The notes under the pieces are model-generated. The model was not told the DNA's origin. It saw only the letters and a list, made by a program, of their open reading frames with translations, and searched no databases. A DNA stretch of 64,000 bases from a virus, in IMG/VR virus record IMGVR_UViG_3300013125_000002. One strand, given 5' to 3'. The position numbers and the translations under genes are program-made. Below, piece by piece: positions 48,506 to 57,388 of the stretch (position 1 is the stretch's first letter; every line of letters begins with the position of its first letter).

Positions 48506-48868
48506 CTACTTACTGTCCTCGATCTTCCAGAAGGCATGAGGTCTGGAAATCATCTCCCCGACCTCTTCCTCCTTCGGCTCCTCCACGACCTGCTGTTTGG
48601 AGTTCAGCTCCTTGGACTCATCTCGGTCGACCGTTAGCTCCATCCGCTGCCGAACATGGCCAGCCTCAACCAGCTCCACCTCGAGCACATTGGAGCCATT
48701 CACACAACGACCGCCAATGCGGCTCGAACTGTCACTGATGTCGCCGTGCTCTCGCACGTAGATGTTGAGCGAGAATCCACCGCCTGGCTTCCGAGGACCT
48801 GTGCCAATGTCCTTCTTGGCCCCATCGACACTGCCCTCGATCCAGAAGTTCCTAACGACCCGAGGCAT
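48506..48868 (-). CDS. hypothetical protein
   Basis: RNFWIEGSVDG...GP..GGF. Confidence 0.7.
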   Translation of the reverse strand: MPRVVRNFWIEGSVDGAKKDIGTGPRKPGGGFSLNIYVREHGDISDSSSRIGGRCVNGSNVLEVELVEAGHVRQRMELTVDRDESKELNSKQQVVEEPKEEEVGEMISRPHAFWKIEDSK

Positions 48869-49220
48869 GCAACGCCTCCAGCTTCACCTTCATTGCTTCG
48901 ACTGCGGTGCCCAAGTTGTCCTGCATGTCCCTCAGCCAGGCGATGTTGTCTCGGAGCTGTACGGAAGTGTTGTAGACCATGATCTTCACCTCGGTCGGGT
49001 CGCTCTCCTTCCGCTGCTTGAAGAGCTTGCTCCACTCCGCCTCCAGCTTGTCGATCTGCTTCTTGATGTCGATCAGCATGTCCTGGTAGCAGATGTACTG
49101 ATCCTCCAGGAAGTGCTGAATCTCACGAGCCCGCTGCTGCGCTGACTTCTTCTGGTTGGGGTGGTAAAACACATCCCCCAGGGTGACAACCTTCGCGACC
49201 GCTCCAGCTCTCTTCCTCAT
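48852..49220 (-). CDS. coiled-coil hypothetical protein
   Basis: ORF in operon. Confidence 0.65.
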   Translation of the reverse strand: MRKRAGAVAKVVTLGDVFYHPNQKKSAQQRAREIQHFLEDQYICYQDMLIDIKKQIDKLEAEWSKLFKQRKESDPTEVKIMVYNTSVQLRDNIAWLRDMQDNLGTAVEAMKVKLEALHASGR

Positions 49221-49510
49221 GCCACCACCTCGAACCGGTTCTTCCAGTCATGCCACTCGGCGGCGCAGAACGCATCCTGCTTCTGGCAGAGTTTCTGCCA
49301 GACCTTCAGCTCCCCACCGACCTCGAGCCCCTCCTCACCGTGAGCCTGCCTACACCAGTTCCACGCCCGAAGGACCTCGTCCGTGTAGCTCTTGCCCTTC
49401 CCCCTGACCTCACTCCCGAGATTGGTCGCAGCCAGGAACTTCGCCGCCAGCTCGATCTCATTCTCGGGAATCGGATGCAGAGCCTTCTGCTTTCTGATCT
49501 TCGTTGCCAT
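49217..49510 (-). CDS. hypothetical protein
   Basis: GAGGAG SD. Confidence 0.65.
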   Translation of the reverse strand: MATKIRKQKALHPIPENEIELAAKFLAATNLGSEVRGKGKSYTDEVLRAWNWCRQAHGEEGLEVGGELKVWQKLCQKQDAFCAAEWHDWKNRFEVVA

Positions 49511-49511
49511 G

Positions 49512-50021
49512 CTAGTTCTCCTCCCCCTTCTTGAGCATCACGATCTCCTTCTTGATCTCCTTGATCTCCCGCGCCAGCCGGTTGGCCTTGCGGAACTGGT
49601 TCGTCCGCAGGCAGCCCTCGCTCTTGGGCATCCGCACAGCGACCTTCAGGACCTCATCCCGCTCCCGGATCTTGGCCTTCAGCTCGCTCACCAACTGGTC
49701 GAGCTTCAGCTCCAGCTGCCAGGCGGCCTTCTGCTCCTTCGACTCCCACCCCTCGCGCTCGAGCTGCCGCGTCTCACGCACCATCACGGCGACCAGCGAC
49801 CGGCTGGTGTCGAGGTTATCGGCCAACTGGCCGCGACCGTTCACGAACATGTTGTTGAGGCAAACGAACGGGTTGTGCGTCAACTTCTTCTTGTCGTTCA
49901 CGACTTCCTCCTTGGTTGATCCTGGAGTTCCCACCGACTCCGGTAGGTGCGGCTTACAGGTCTTCCTCCAGGATGTGCCGCCGGCCGCTGCAAAGGGTAT
50001 CAGCGGCCACAGACCCATCAC
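49512..50021 (-). CDS. coiled-coil hypothetical protein (true start probably near 49902)
   Basis: AAGGAGG before an internal GTG. Confidence 0.6.
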   Translation of the reverse strand: MMGLWPLIPFAAAGGTSWRKTCKPHLPESVGTPGSTKEEVVNDKKKLTHNPFVCLNNMFVNGRGQLADNLDTSRSLVAVMVRETRQLEREGWESKEQKAAWQLELKLDQLVSELKAKIRERDEVLKVAVRMPKSEGCLRTNQFRKANRLAREIKEIKKEIVMLKKGEEN

Positions 50022-50041
50022 TGACTCGGATTCTAGAACTG

Positions 50042-50431
50042 CTAGTTGCGCTGCCGGCTGAAGTTGCAGCCGCCGCAGTCATCATCCGTTCCATCGCAGA
50101 AGTTCGGAGCGGTGCAGATGTACTGGCCCCTCGCCAGCCGTCCCATGTGCTCGTGGTCGTCCTTGCACGACTTCGAGCAGAAGTTCCCCGGTCCCGTGAC
50201 TGGCATGTGGCAGACGATGCAGGTCGCCCACGCAACCCTGGCATCGGTACGGTAGTAGGCGATCTCCTTATCGCTGTTCCACCCGCTCTTTCCGAAGAGC
50301 GTTCCCTCGAAGTTCACCATCTCCGGCAGCTGCTTGAATGCCTCGTGGCTGTTGCACTGGCTGACCAGAACCTTCACTCCGTTCGGAAGCTTCTCGATGG
50401 CGAGTAGACGAATCCCTCTGGGCATTCCCAT
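50042..50431 (-). CDS. Cys-rich hypothetical protein
   Basis: CIVC...FCSKSC; AGGAG SD. Confidence 0.65.
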   Translation of the reverse strand: MGMPRGIRLLAIEKLPNGVKVLVSQCNSHEAFKQLPEMVNFEGTLFGKSGWNSDKEIAYYRTDARVAWATCIVCHMPVTGPGNFCSKSCKDDHEHMGRLARGQYICTAPNFCDGTDDDCGGCNFSRQRN

Positions 50432-50460
50432 CGTTTGATCTCCTATGCTGTTGGCTGAAA

Positions 50461-50496
50461 ATCAAAACCCCCAGCCTGGGGCTCAGACTGGGGGCT
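50461..50496 (-). terminator. intrinsic terminator/attenuator hairpin
   Basis: CCCCCAG...CTGGGGG stem with T-tract on the minus strand. Confidence 0.55.
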
Positions 50497-50524
50497 CGGA
50501 CGTATGTCCGTCGTTCACGTTAGG

Positions 50525-50554
50525 ATTGTACCTATGACAAGATCTCAACATGAA
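50525..50554 (-). promoter_or_regulatory. sigma70-like promoter
   Basis: TTCATG-18 nt-TACAAT in an intergenic region. Confidence 0.4.
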
Positions 50555-50585
50555 GAGATCACTTCATGCTGGCACGTGAGAAGGA

Positions 50586-50957
50586 TTAATAGCGGCGATC
50601 TTCTACAATTCGGTAGTGCCACCCCTTCCAGCCTGGGGAATCAACAAGAACCTCTCCAGCAATGGCTGCTCGCTCCCAAGCATCTTCCCCCTCAAACCAC
50701 TGTTCTTTACCAACCTGTCCATTGCCTGGGGGTGGGTACGTGATCAACCAGCAACCACTTCGCGGAGGAAAGATAAGACGACCAACACCAATCCCTAACA
50801 CTACAATCCCAAAACAGATCCCCAACCACAGCAACAATCCCGACCCATCAGACATGGTCAGCCCCCAACTTACAGACTGTACTTGGCAGAAGACGGACTC
50901 TCCGTCACACGGTGAAGAACCGTCATTGCATTGGGTCCATCTTGCTCGGCGCCGCAA
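50586..50957 (-). CDS. small membrane protein (likely start MSDGSG)
   Basis: Hydrophobic helix LLLWLGICFGIVVLGIGV. Confidence 0.5.
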   Translation of the reverse strand: MRRRARWTQCNDGSSPCDGESVFCQVQSVSWGLTMSDGSGLLLWLGICFGIVVLGIGVGRLIFPPRSGCWLITYPPPGNGQVGKEQWFEGEDAWERAAIAGEVLVDSPGWKGWHYRIVEDRRY

Positions 50958-51271
50958 GCCACACAGCGCACACGTGGGTTGTCATCGAGCATCGACCACG
51001 AAGGGATGAGCTTACCCCTCACCTGGTCGTAGCAAACTAGCTCTGTCACCGAGAACGTAGTGCCTTTGCAGTTGTGGCACTTGACGGTTCCCTTGAGGAC
51101 TTGCTCTGGTTCGGCCGCTGCTCGTTCTGCTTTCTTGAGACACTTCAAGCAAATCTTGACATTGCCACGTGACAGGCACACCCCCTCCTGGCCACAGAAG
51201 GAGCATGTGCTCTTGTCTTCCTTCGTGATCTCAGGCTTCTGATTCATTTCCACATCCTCCATGCCGATCAT
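50870..51271 (-). CDS. double zinc-finger protein (ClpX-type C4 plus zinc ribbon)
   Basis: CSFCG...ICLKC; CHNC...CVAC. Confidence 0.7.
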   Translation of the reverse strand: MIGMEDVEMNQKPEITKEDKSTCSFCGQEGVCLSRGNVKICLKCLKKAERAAAEPEQVLKGTVKCHNCKGTTFSVTELVCYDQVRGKLIPSWSMLDDNPRVRCVACGAEQDGPNAMTVLHRVTESPSSAKYSL

Positions 51272-51303
51272 GTAATACCTAGATCAAAAAAGGCAAGGAG
51301 AAT

Positions 51304-52689
51304 CTACGTCTGCTTGAAAGGCTGTCTCCTGGGCTTAGCAGCTATCGCCACAGGTGTTGAACCAAGAAGTGGAGTTGGGGGATTGGCTTGCACATTGATC
51401 ACAGGTTCGAAGAAGCACATCCTCTCGAGTGCCATCTTGATCGTAATCGTCTGATACTTAGGACCATTACGATTCTTAGCAAGGAACAAACGCATGATCT
51501 TCTGATGAACCTCTTCTTTGGTCTGGTTCATCGTAATCAGAATATCTGCGTTATTGATCTTGCCAATATCCTCCGCAACGTTCTCTTCAGTGTGGGTCTC
51601 CATCGAGATAGCCGCTCGCTGAGACTGTGTAGCCGTCCAGATGGGGAGCTTCAGCTCGAGAGCCAGACCCTTCAGAGCCTCAGTCGTAGCTGTCAGCTCG
51701 TCCCGCTTCTCCTTGTAGTGTTGCGGAGGCTTGAGTAGATCGAGGTAGTCTACAAGGATCAGCTCGGGTTCAAATCCAAGACCACAACAGTGCAGGATGT
51801 GGCTACGAAGTGTCTGCACTGAGGCTGTCTTGGTAGGGTAGTTCTTGATGATCAGAGTATTGCCAAACCGGCGCCCTATCCGTTCGAGCTTCTCAGCCAA
51901 GACGTTCTGGTAGTCATCGTCCAAAAGATCCCGCATGTTGATCTTTGTAAACGATGCATCGTAACGACTTGCCACCTCATCCTGGGGCATCTCAAACGAG
52001 TAGTGAATGGTCTTCTTCTTGACGATAACTGCACGCTTACCACAGTGGCCAAGGGCAGCGCTCTTGCCACGGTTGGTAGGGGCCATCCAGATGCCCACCT
52101 GGCCTCCCCAGATGCCTCCATTCAAATGGATGTCCAGCTCGGTGATACCGGTAGGCACAATGATCTTGGCCTTCTGCTCGACTCGCCTCCGTAGCCGTTC
52201 CGGCCAATTCACAAAATACAACTCACCTATGTCCGAAACATCCGCTCCTGTCCGCACGGCAGCAACCATGCTCTCCTCAATCTCCTCGAACTTCCCCTCC
52301 TCAAGAAGCTGAGGACAGCGCAGAACGGCTGCCTTGATCGCCTGGTGCTTGCAGAATTTGAGGACCTCGTCTTTGATGTACTGCTTGTCCTGCACATCCG
52401 TGTGGAGAACAGTGAATAGATCAACATAGGCCTGAACATCAGCATCCTTGATCTTCTTCCGACTAGCATCCTTCAGCAACTCATTCCGAAGGGCGTCGGA
52501 ACCAATCCGCATCTGGTAGTCCTGGTAGTAGTCTCTGATCTTGCAGAAGAACCACACCAGTATGTCATCGCTAAAGTGCTCAGGGACCACCAAATCCTGA
52601 CACATGATCAGGAAATCGAAGTCCTGGAACATCAGCGCAAGGATTTTGATCTGGAACTGCCGGTCAAACACAAATGTGGCTGCAGTCAT
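51304..52689 (-). CDS. dnaB: DnaB-like replicative helicase
   Basis: PTGITELD, APTNRGKS, SFEM, VDYLDLL, TATQSQR, KNRNG. Confidence 0.95.
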   Translation of the reverse strand: MTAATFVFDRQFQIKILALMFQDFDFLIMCQDLVVPEHFSDDILVWFFCKIRDYYQDYQMRIGSDALRNELLKDASRKKIKDADVQAYVDLFTVLHTDVQDKQYIKDEVLKFCKHQAIKAAVLRCPQLLEEGKFEEIEESMVAAVRTGADVSDIGELYFVNWPERLRRRVEQKAKIIVPTGITELDIHLNGGIWGGQVGIWMAPTNRGKSAALGHCGKRAVIVKKKTIHYSFEMPQDEVASRYDASFTKINMRDLLDDDYQNVLAEKLERIGRRFGNTLIIKNYPTKTASVQTLRSHILHCCGLGFEPELILVDYLDLLKPPQHYKEKRDELTATTEALKGLALELKLPIWTATQSQRAAISMETHTEENVAEDIGKINNADILITMNQTKEEVHQKIMRLFLAKNRNGPKYQTITIKMALERMCFFEPVINVQANPPTPLLGSTPVAIAAKPRRQPFKQT

Positions 52690-53189
52690 TTACGCAGCCT
52701 CCCATTGGCTACACCGGCTGCATACACAGGATGAATGCCAAAAAGTTCGGCCAGATCATATCGCGTTGCACCACTAAGAAATAGACTTCTAATGTTCTCA
52801 ACTTCCGCATCTGAAAGCTTTCGCCTCACAAGATGCTTAAACCTACCAGCATGATACGCTCGACGCTGATTCTCCTGATGAGTGACATACTCCAAGTTGG
52901 TAACACAATTATCAAAATGATCTCCGTTCTTATGATCAATCTCATACCCACTAGGGCATGCACCTAGAAAAGCCTGTGCCACAAGAGCATGTACTCTAAA
53001 TCCAGTGACTACTCCACAACGACTTAAAGTCACTGATAGGTACTGTGAACTGGGTGGCTTACCACTCAAACTTAACTTACGAATCTGACCAGCCGTAGCT
53101 CCATGTGATCTTCTAATTCGTCCCATATTGCTAACTTCATATGGGTAGCCGATCACCGGCTTCCATTCTTCAAAGTTGAACGCCATCAT
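52686..53189 (-). CDS. NUMOD4-HNH homing endonuclease
   Basis: EEWKPV..YEVSNMGRIR; VHALVA..IDHKNG..DN...NLEYVTHQEN; AT-richer than its neighbours. Confidence 0.92.
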   Translation of the reverse strand: MMAFNFEEWKPVIGYPYEVSNMGRIRRSHGATAGQIRKLSLSGKPPSSQYLSVTLSRCGVVTGFRVHALVAQAFLGACPSGYEIDHKNGDHFDNCVTNLEYVTHQENQRRAYHAGRFKHLVRRKLSDAEVENIRSLFLSGATRYDLAELFGIHPVYAAGVANGRLRK

Positions 53190-53258
53190 CCACCCAAGAT
53201 CAGACTGTACAGTTCGAGTTTCAGATCAAACTTTGATGAAGCTGCGCTACAAAGGGTA

Positions 53259-53681
53259 TCAACTACCGTAGCGGCTGGATGCCCATCCGATGATGCGTCT
53301 CTGTGTTGCTCTGTCGAAAGACTGGAGTGTACAGGCTATCATCTTGAGAGCTTCGATCTCTCGATCTACTTCCTTCACCTTGTCCTGCACGTCTTGCGGT
53401 GCTGAACCCGTTCCTCCTCCACCGACTCTATAGGGATTGGAGTGAATCTCCACATAAGGACTGGACTGGGCATTATGTTCATCGTGTCCATGCCCAACCA
53501 AAGTGGAGTCCAGCACCCTGACCTCAGTCCCCCCACAGCCCCCGCTAGAGGCCTGAGCTGACCCATCAGTTCCCTGCCCTTGCGGAGGAAGACACTCAGA
53601 CGGATGTGGCCCCCAGGGCTCGCTACGCTTCTCCAGGATAGACTTCTCTGCGGTGCTTAGCTCTTTCTTGCTTCCGGACAT
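53259..53681 (-). CDS. hypothetical protein
   Basis: ORF with GAGGAG SD. Confidence 0.55.
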   Translation of the reverse strand: MSGSKKELSTAEKSILEKRSEPWGPHPSECLPPQGQGTDGSAQASSGGCGGTEVRVLDSTLVGHGHDEHNAQSSPYVEIHSNPYRVGGGGTGSAPQDVQDKVKEVDREIEALKMIACTLQSFDRATQRRIIGWASSRYGS

Positions 53682-54168
53682 GCTCTCTCCTCAGCGACTC
53701 GTAGAAGAACCTGAACATCCTGTATGTACTGAGCACACGTCGTGCGTAGCCGGTATCCACAGGTCGTCGATCTCTCAGGTCGCATCGTCTCACCCCACGC
53801 GGACATCGCCCATAACCCTGGTTGAAGTTGAGCAGCCAATGGTGCTGCATCCCAGTCTTCTCGACCCAGCCCCTCCAGAGAGTCATGATCTCAACGCCTC
53901 TCTTGATGTTCATTGCAGGCTGGTAGAGCCCTTCCTCCTTAGCCACCTCCATGGTCCTCTCGCAGGACCTGGGCTGTAATTGGATCTGCATCAGTCCATG
54001 AGCACCCTGATGACAAATCCCATTCCGAAACTTCGACTCCTGCTTGACGACCGCTGCCACCAACAGTGGGTTGAATCCGTGCTTGGTGCTGGTCTTGATG
54101 ATCGCGTGTGAGTACGGCCCAGCAATCGGGGCCAGTAGTTTCAAGACCAGCACCATCTCCAGCATCAC
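53623..54168 (-). CDS. lytic transglycosylase (SLT domain)
   Basis: AVVKQES, GAHGLMQI, NIKRG, FNQG, YARRV. Confidence 0.9.
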   Translation of the reverse strand: MMLEMVLVLKLLAPIAGPYSHAIIKTSTKHGFNPLLVAAVVKQESKFRNGICHQGAHGLMQIQLQPRSCERTMEVAKEEGLYQPAMNIKRGVEIMTLWRGWVEKTGMQHHWLLNFNQGYGRCPRGVRRCDLRDRRPVDTGYARRVLSTYRMFRFFYESLRREHVRKQERAKHRREVYPGEA

Positions 54169-54644
54169 GGACTCCTGTTCTGTTCGATGATCTTGGTAAT
54201 CTTCTCTTCGATCTCGTCTGCTGTCAAGGATCGACCAAACTTCTCCGCAAGTGCATCCAGAAGATGGTCTTCCCTAAGATCAATCAAGTCCACCGGCAGC
54301 TTCCGGAAAGGAGGTTCTAGCATAGCCAGACCCTGAGCCACCAGGAAAAAGGCTGGGATCGTCTCACTCACCACATCAATCGGAACAACACGCCTAGCCA
54401 TGATCTTGTTGTTGCGCTTGAGAAGACAGGATACATATCCGATCTTCTCGCCATCGTATGGCTCAGTGCTGACGCTCCAGCTGTTCACCGTCCAGCTCCT
54501 TGGGTCCGGATCGAAAGTAATTGCTTCGCCAACTTCAAAACCTGCTCTCGCTGTCGAAGAACCTGAAGCAAACCCAATCTCGCTCGGCAGCGTGGGCATT
54601 CGATCCACATCATGTGCGTGAAGAGCGTTGCTTCGAAACCGCAC
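54165..54644 (-). CDS. hypothetical protein
   Basis: ORF in operon. Confidence 0.6.
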   Translation of the reverse strand: MRFRSNALHAHDVDRMPTLPSEIGFASGSSTARAGFEVGEAITFDPDPRSWTVNSWSVSTEPYDGEKIGYVSCLLKRNNKIMARRVVPIDVVSETIPAFFLVAQGLAMLEPPFRKLPVDLIDLREDHLLDALAEKFGRSLTADEIEEKITKIIEQNRSP

Positions 54645-54669
54645 TCACACTGGACCGGATACACACCCA

Positions 54670-55716
54670 TTAGAGCCTGCCTTCCTTTCGCAGACGCAAC
54701 CACGTCCGGTTCTTCTTCAGCCACGCATGATCAAAGTAGGCCACTCCAGGTCTCGCAAACTTCAAAAGAATCTGCTCTTCCGAAGAGTGCCAAGCAGACA
54801 TCAACTGCTGGAGCTTTTGATCATTGGCCTTCATCAGCTCCTTCTCGTCGATCTTCACTCGCTTGGAGATGTGACGAATGACTTCGCGAACTTGACCCGC
54901 GTTGAGGAGCTTCATGTACTCACGAACTCTCTCTGGCGCCGGGAACTTCGTCTTCAGGCCAGAAAGCTCGTAAGGCTTCGGGGCTCGTTTGAACCACTGA
55001 TCAAACCAATAAAACTGGGCTTTGACGTAGACTTCGTAGCCACATCCCAGTTGATCTGCGATCAATGCAGCCCGCTTGAACTGCTCAAAAGACTTGTATT
55101 CCGTGGAGATGGCACCTTTGACGAAACGCAAAGTCGGCCGATGAAGATACTCACCGAGAGCTGTTTCGTAGGTATAGGCCATCTCGCGGACCTTCACCAG
55201 AAGGTCTTGATCTTCGATGACTGCCTTGCGCTTCTCCTGACCCAACGCGATTCTCCGAGCCTTTTCGACCAGCTCGTTGTGGCGAGTCTTTCTGGTCTCG
55301 AGAGCTTTCTGATCCTGAGGATTTGATCCTGGTTCTTTCTTGCTTCCCGTACTACGGGGATCGCGCGCGGGCGTAAGAGTATTATTATTAATATTAATAC
55401 TAGATCTTAGATCTGATCTAGTATGTGTATCTGTACTAGTAATGCTCACTTCGTTCGCATTAACTAGTACAGATACAACAGGCCGCAGCGCGGCCTGGGT
55501 TCCAGTTACACCCCTAGCATTCCGGAGTCTGGAATGAACCTCGGCTAACTTCTTGGAAGATTGATCTTGGTTATCGTTGGAAGAGTATTGATCCTGGGGA
55601 TCGGTGTCTGCTTTGAGCTTGTATGGCGTGCGTGTGATGCCCACAGGATCAACTCCGAAAAGACAAAAGAACCCCCAGGTCCTGACCGACCTGACTATCG
55701 GAGTTGTCTCTGGCAA
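54670..55716 (-). CDS. putative replication initiator / helicase-loader-like protein (start uncertain)
   Basis: Low-complexity linker encoded by an AT-rich palindromic island, as in lambda O-type initiators; upstream of dnaB. Confidence 0.45.
   Translation of the reverse strand: MPETTPIVRSVRTWGFFCLFGVDPVGITRTPYKLKADTDPQDQYSSNDNQDQSSKKLAEVHSRLRNARGVTGTQAALRPVVSVLVNANEVSITSTDTHTRSDLRSSININNNTLTPARDPRSTGSKKEPGSNPQDQKALETRKTRHNELVEKARRIALGQEKRKAVIEDQDLLVKVREMAYTYETALGEYLHRPTLRFVKGAISTEYKSFEQFKRAALIADQLGCGYEVYVKAQFYWFDQWFKRAPKPYELSGLKTKFPAPERVREYMKLLNAGQVREVIRHISKRVKIDEKELMKANDQKLQQLMSAWHSSEEQILLKFARPGVAYFDHAWLKKNRTWLRLRKEGRL
55346..55477. repeat. AT-rich nested inverted repeats; candidate replication origin
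   Basis: TATTAATATTAATA palindrome; ATACTAGATC..GATCTAGTAT; TGTATCTGTACTAGT..ACTAGTACAGATACA. Confidence 0.55.
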
Positions 55717-55923
55717 GAGATTTCAGCGAAAGCTAGTTGGTCAGGAACCTGAAGGGTCCCTGGGCCGCGCCAGGACTGGGGGTATTTGTGTTATTTCGCT
55801 ACGATAGTTATCTTAGCCTTCGCTTTCTTGCCAGAAAACTTCTTGATGGTATCGGCCAACCTCCTACCATTTCCCTTGACTGTCAAGGAAAATGTGCTAG
55901 CGAGCGTACATCTTCGGGACGAC

Positions 55924-56502
55924 TTAGGTTTTTGGAGTCTGTCGTTCGTGGATCTGGCGGAGGGTCTCGTAGGCGGCACTAAGTCTCTGGAACTGTTCCT
56001 TAGTGCCACCAGGACGGTCTGGGTGCTGCAGTAATGCCAAGGCTTTGTACGCCGCTTGTATGACCTCCCAGGGGGCCTCAGGAAGCACGAAGAGGACTTC
56101 ATGGGGGTCCTGGGGCTCCTCGACCAGAGAAACGGCTCCTGGGCGATTGTGCTTCTCCAGGAAGCGCACCAGAGCGATTTGCAGACCCTCCGGGAGGCTG
56201 CTCCAGTCAACCTGATCGAAGTACTTCTTGCCCATCGAAACGGCAACGAAGAGCCGGTTCCGGTGAATCTCCCAGCAGCGCCCGTTCCAACGCCGATAGG
56301 CAGTTGGTCTGATCCCGTACCGCACAAAGTGATTGAACCGTTCGTTACGTGGAAACTGCAGCTCTATGAAAGAGCTGTCAGGATCATACTTCAGCTGCAG
56401 GATCTGTGGGGGCATTGGATGACCAGCGAAGCTCTGTGAATTCGACCGCAGTCCCATTGGGACTGACAACCAAGAGTACAGGTCTCTCAGCTCGCTCGGC
56501 AA
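55924..56502 (-). CDS. J-domain (DnaJ-like) protein with N-terminal HARP-like domain (likely start MPPQIL)
   Basis: DPHEVLFV...IQAAYKALALLQHPDRPGG..FQRLSAAYETL. Confidence 0.85.
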   Translation of the reverse strand: MPSELRDLYSWLSVPMGLRSNSQSFAGHPMPPQILQLKYDPDSSFIELQFPRNERFNHFVRYGIRPTAYRRWNGRCWEIHRNRLFVAVSMGKKYFDQVDWSSLPEGLQIALVRFLEKHNRPGAVSLVEEPQDPHEVLFVLPEAPWEVIQAAYKALALLQHPDRPGGTKEQFQRLSAAYETLRQIHERQTPKT

Positions 56503-56818
56503 GCTTCAAGGTATGGGCTGTACCTGGGGATGAGCCATCCCAAAAAACGATCAGAGCTTCACAGTCATTGATGATCTTGAGGTTGCGGAGCATCCCAGCC
56601 TTCTTGCCATGCAACCGCCAATCTGCTCGGTGGATTGCTGGTTCCGGATAGCCAAGTCGCTTCGCCTCTTTCTCAGCTGCCGTGTCGACTCCTCGAGCCC
56701 CACCACTGACGATCACAGATGGACCCAGATTCTGCACAGCAGCTTCTACAAGATCAAGTCGCTTGAAGTCACGAGATCCAACGACAGCAACTCGCTTGTA
56801 TTGGACGGGTGTTTTCAT
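56384..56818 (-). CDS. SLOG family (YspA/DUF2493-like) protein
   Basis: VVGSRDF, VSGGARGVD, AGMLRN, FWDGSSPGT. Confidence 0.88.
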   Translation of the reverse strand: MKTPVQYKRVAVVGSRDFKRLDLVEAAVQNLGPSVIVSGGARGVDTAAEKEAKRLGYPEPAIHRADWRLHGKKAGMLRNLKIINDCEALIVFWDGSSPGTAHTLKLAERAERPVLLVVSPNGTAVEFTELRWSSNAPTDPAAEV

Positions 56819-57042
56819 GATCTCCTGAAAGGGGTACGCACTAAGCGTTTGACGGTTGTACGGGTTGGTCGGTCTCGATTGAGGCTCTTTGGGCAGATGT
56901 AGCAGTGCTCATACTGATCCATAGGTTTGATCCCAGGACCATGACCTGTAGGACAAGCCTCAACTGTCTCGAACTCTTGCCCTTTCGCTACAACCCGAAG
57001 ATAGTGATGACAGTGGACCCACATCCGCTGTATGTCACTCAT
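56815..57042 (-). CDS. small Cys/His protein
   Basis: HCHH...CP...CYIC. Confidence 0.6.
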   Translation of the reverse strand: MSDIQRMWVHCHHYLRVVAKGQEFETVEACPTGHGPGIKPMDQYEHCYICPKSLNRDRPTRTTVKRLVRTPFRRS

Positions 57043-57388
57043 TGATCTTCAACCACTCATGGAGCTGGGACACCGTACTGAACATCGGAAGCTTGAGTCG
57101 CTTAGCTTCCTCCCACTCCTCCATTGCACCTTTTGACCGATCCCACCCAGGCAACAAGAGGACAGCATCACAACGTCGCATCAGCTGCAAGGTTGCTTCG
57201 TACCAAAACTCTGGAGTGAGCAATCCGTGGAAGTTGTCAGTCATCTTGTGGGGGCAGACTGGCATGGCTCCTAGTTTAGCGATCTCCAAGGAGTACTTCT
57301 CTGCAGCATCGACATTCTGTTTGATCAGCCAGTGTGTTGCAGCCGTGAACGGTCCACAGGTGTAGACCAACTTGATCTTCTCTGTCAT
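57035..57388 (-). CDS. nucleoside 2-deoxyribosyltransferase-like (DUF4406-like) protein
   Basis: YTCGPF, CPH, RCDAVLLLPGWDRSKGAMEE. Confidence 0.85.
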   Translation of the reverse strand: MTEKIKLVYTCGPFTAATHWLIKQNVDAAEKYSLEIAKLGAMPVCPHKMTDNFHGLLTPEFWYEATLQLMRRCDAVLLLPGWDRSKGAMEEWEEAKRLKLPMFSTVSQLHEWLKINE

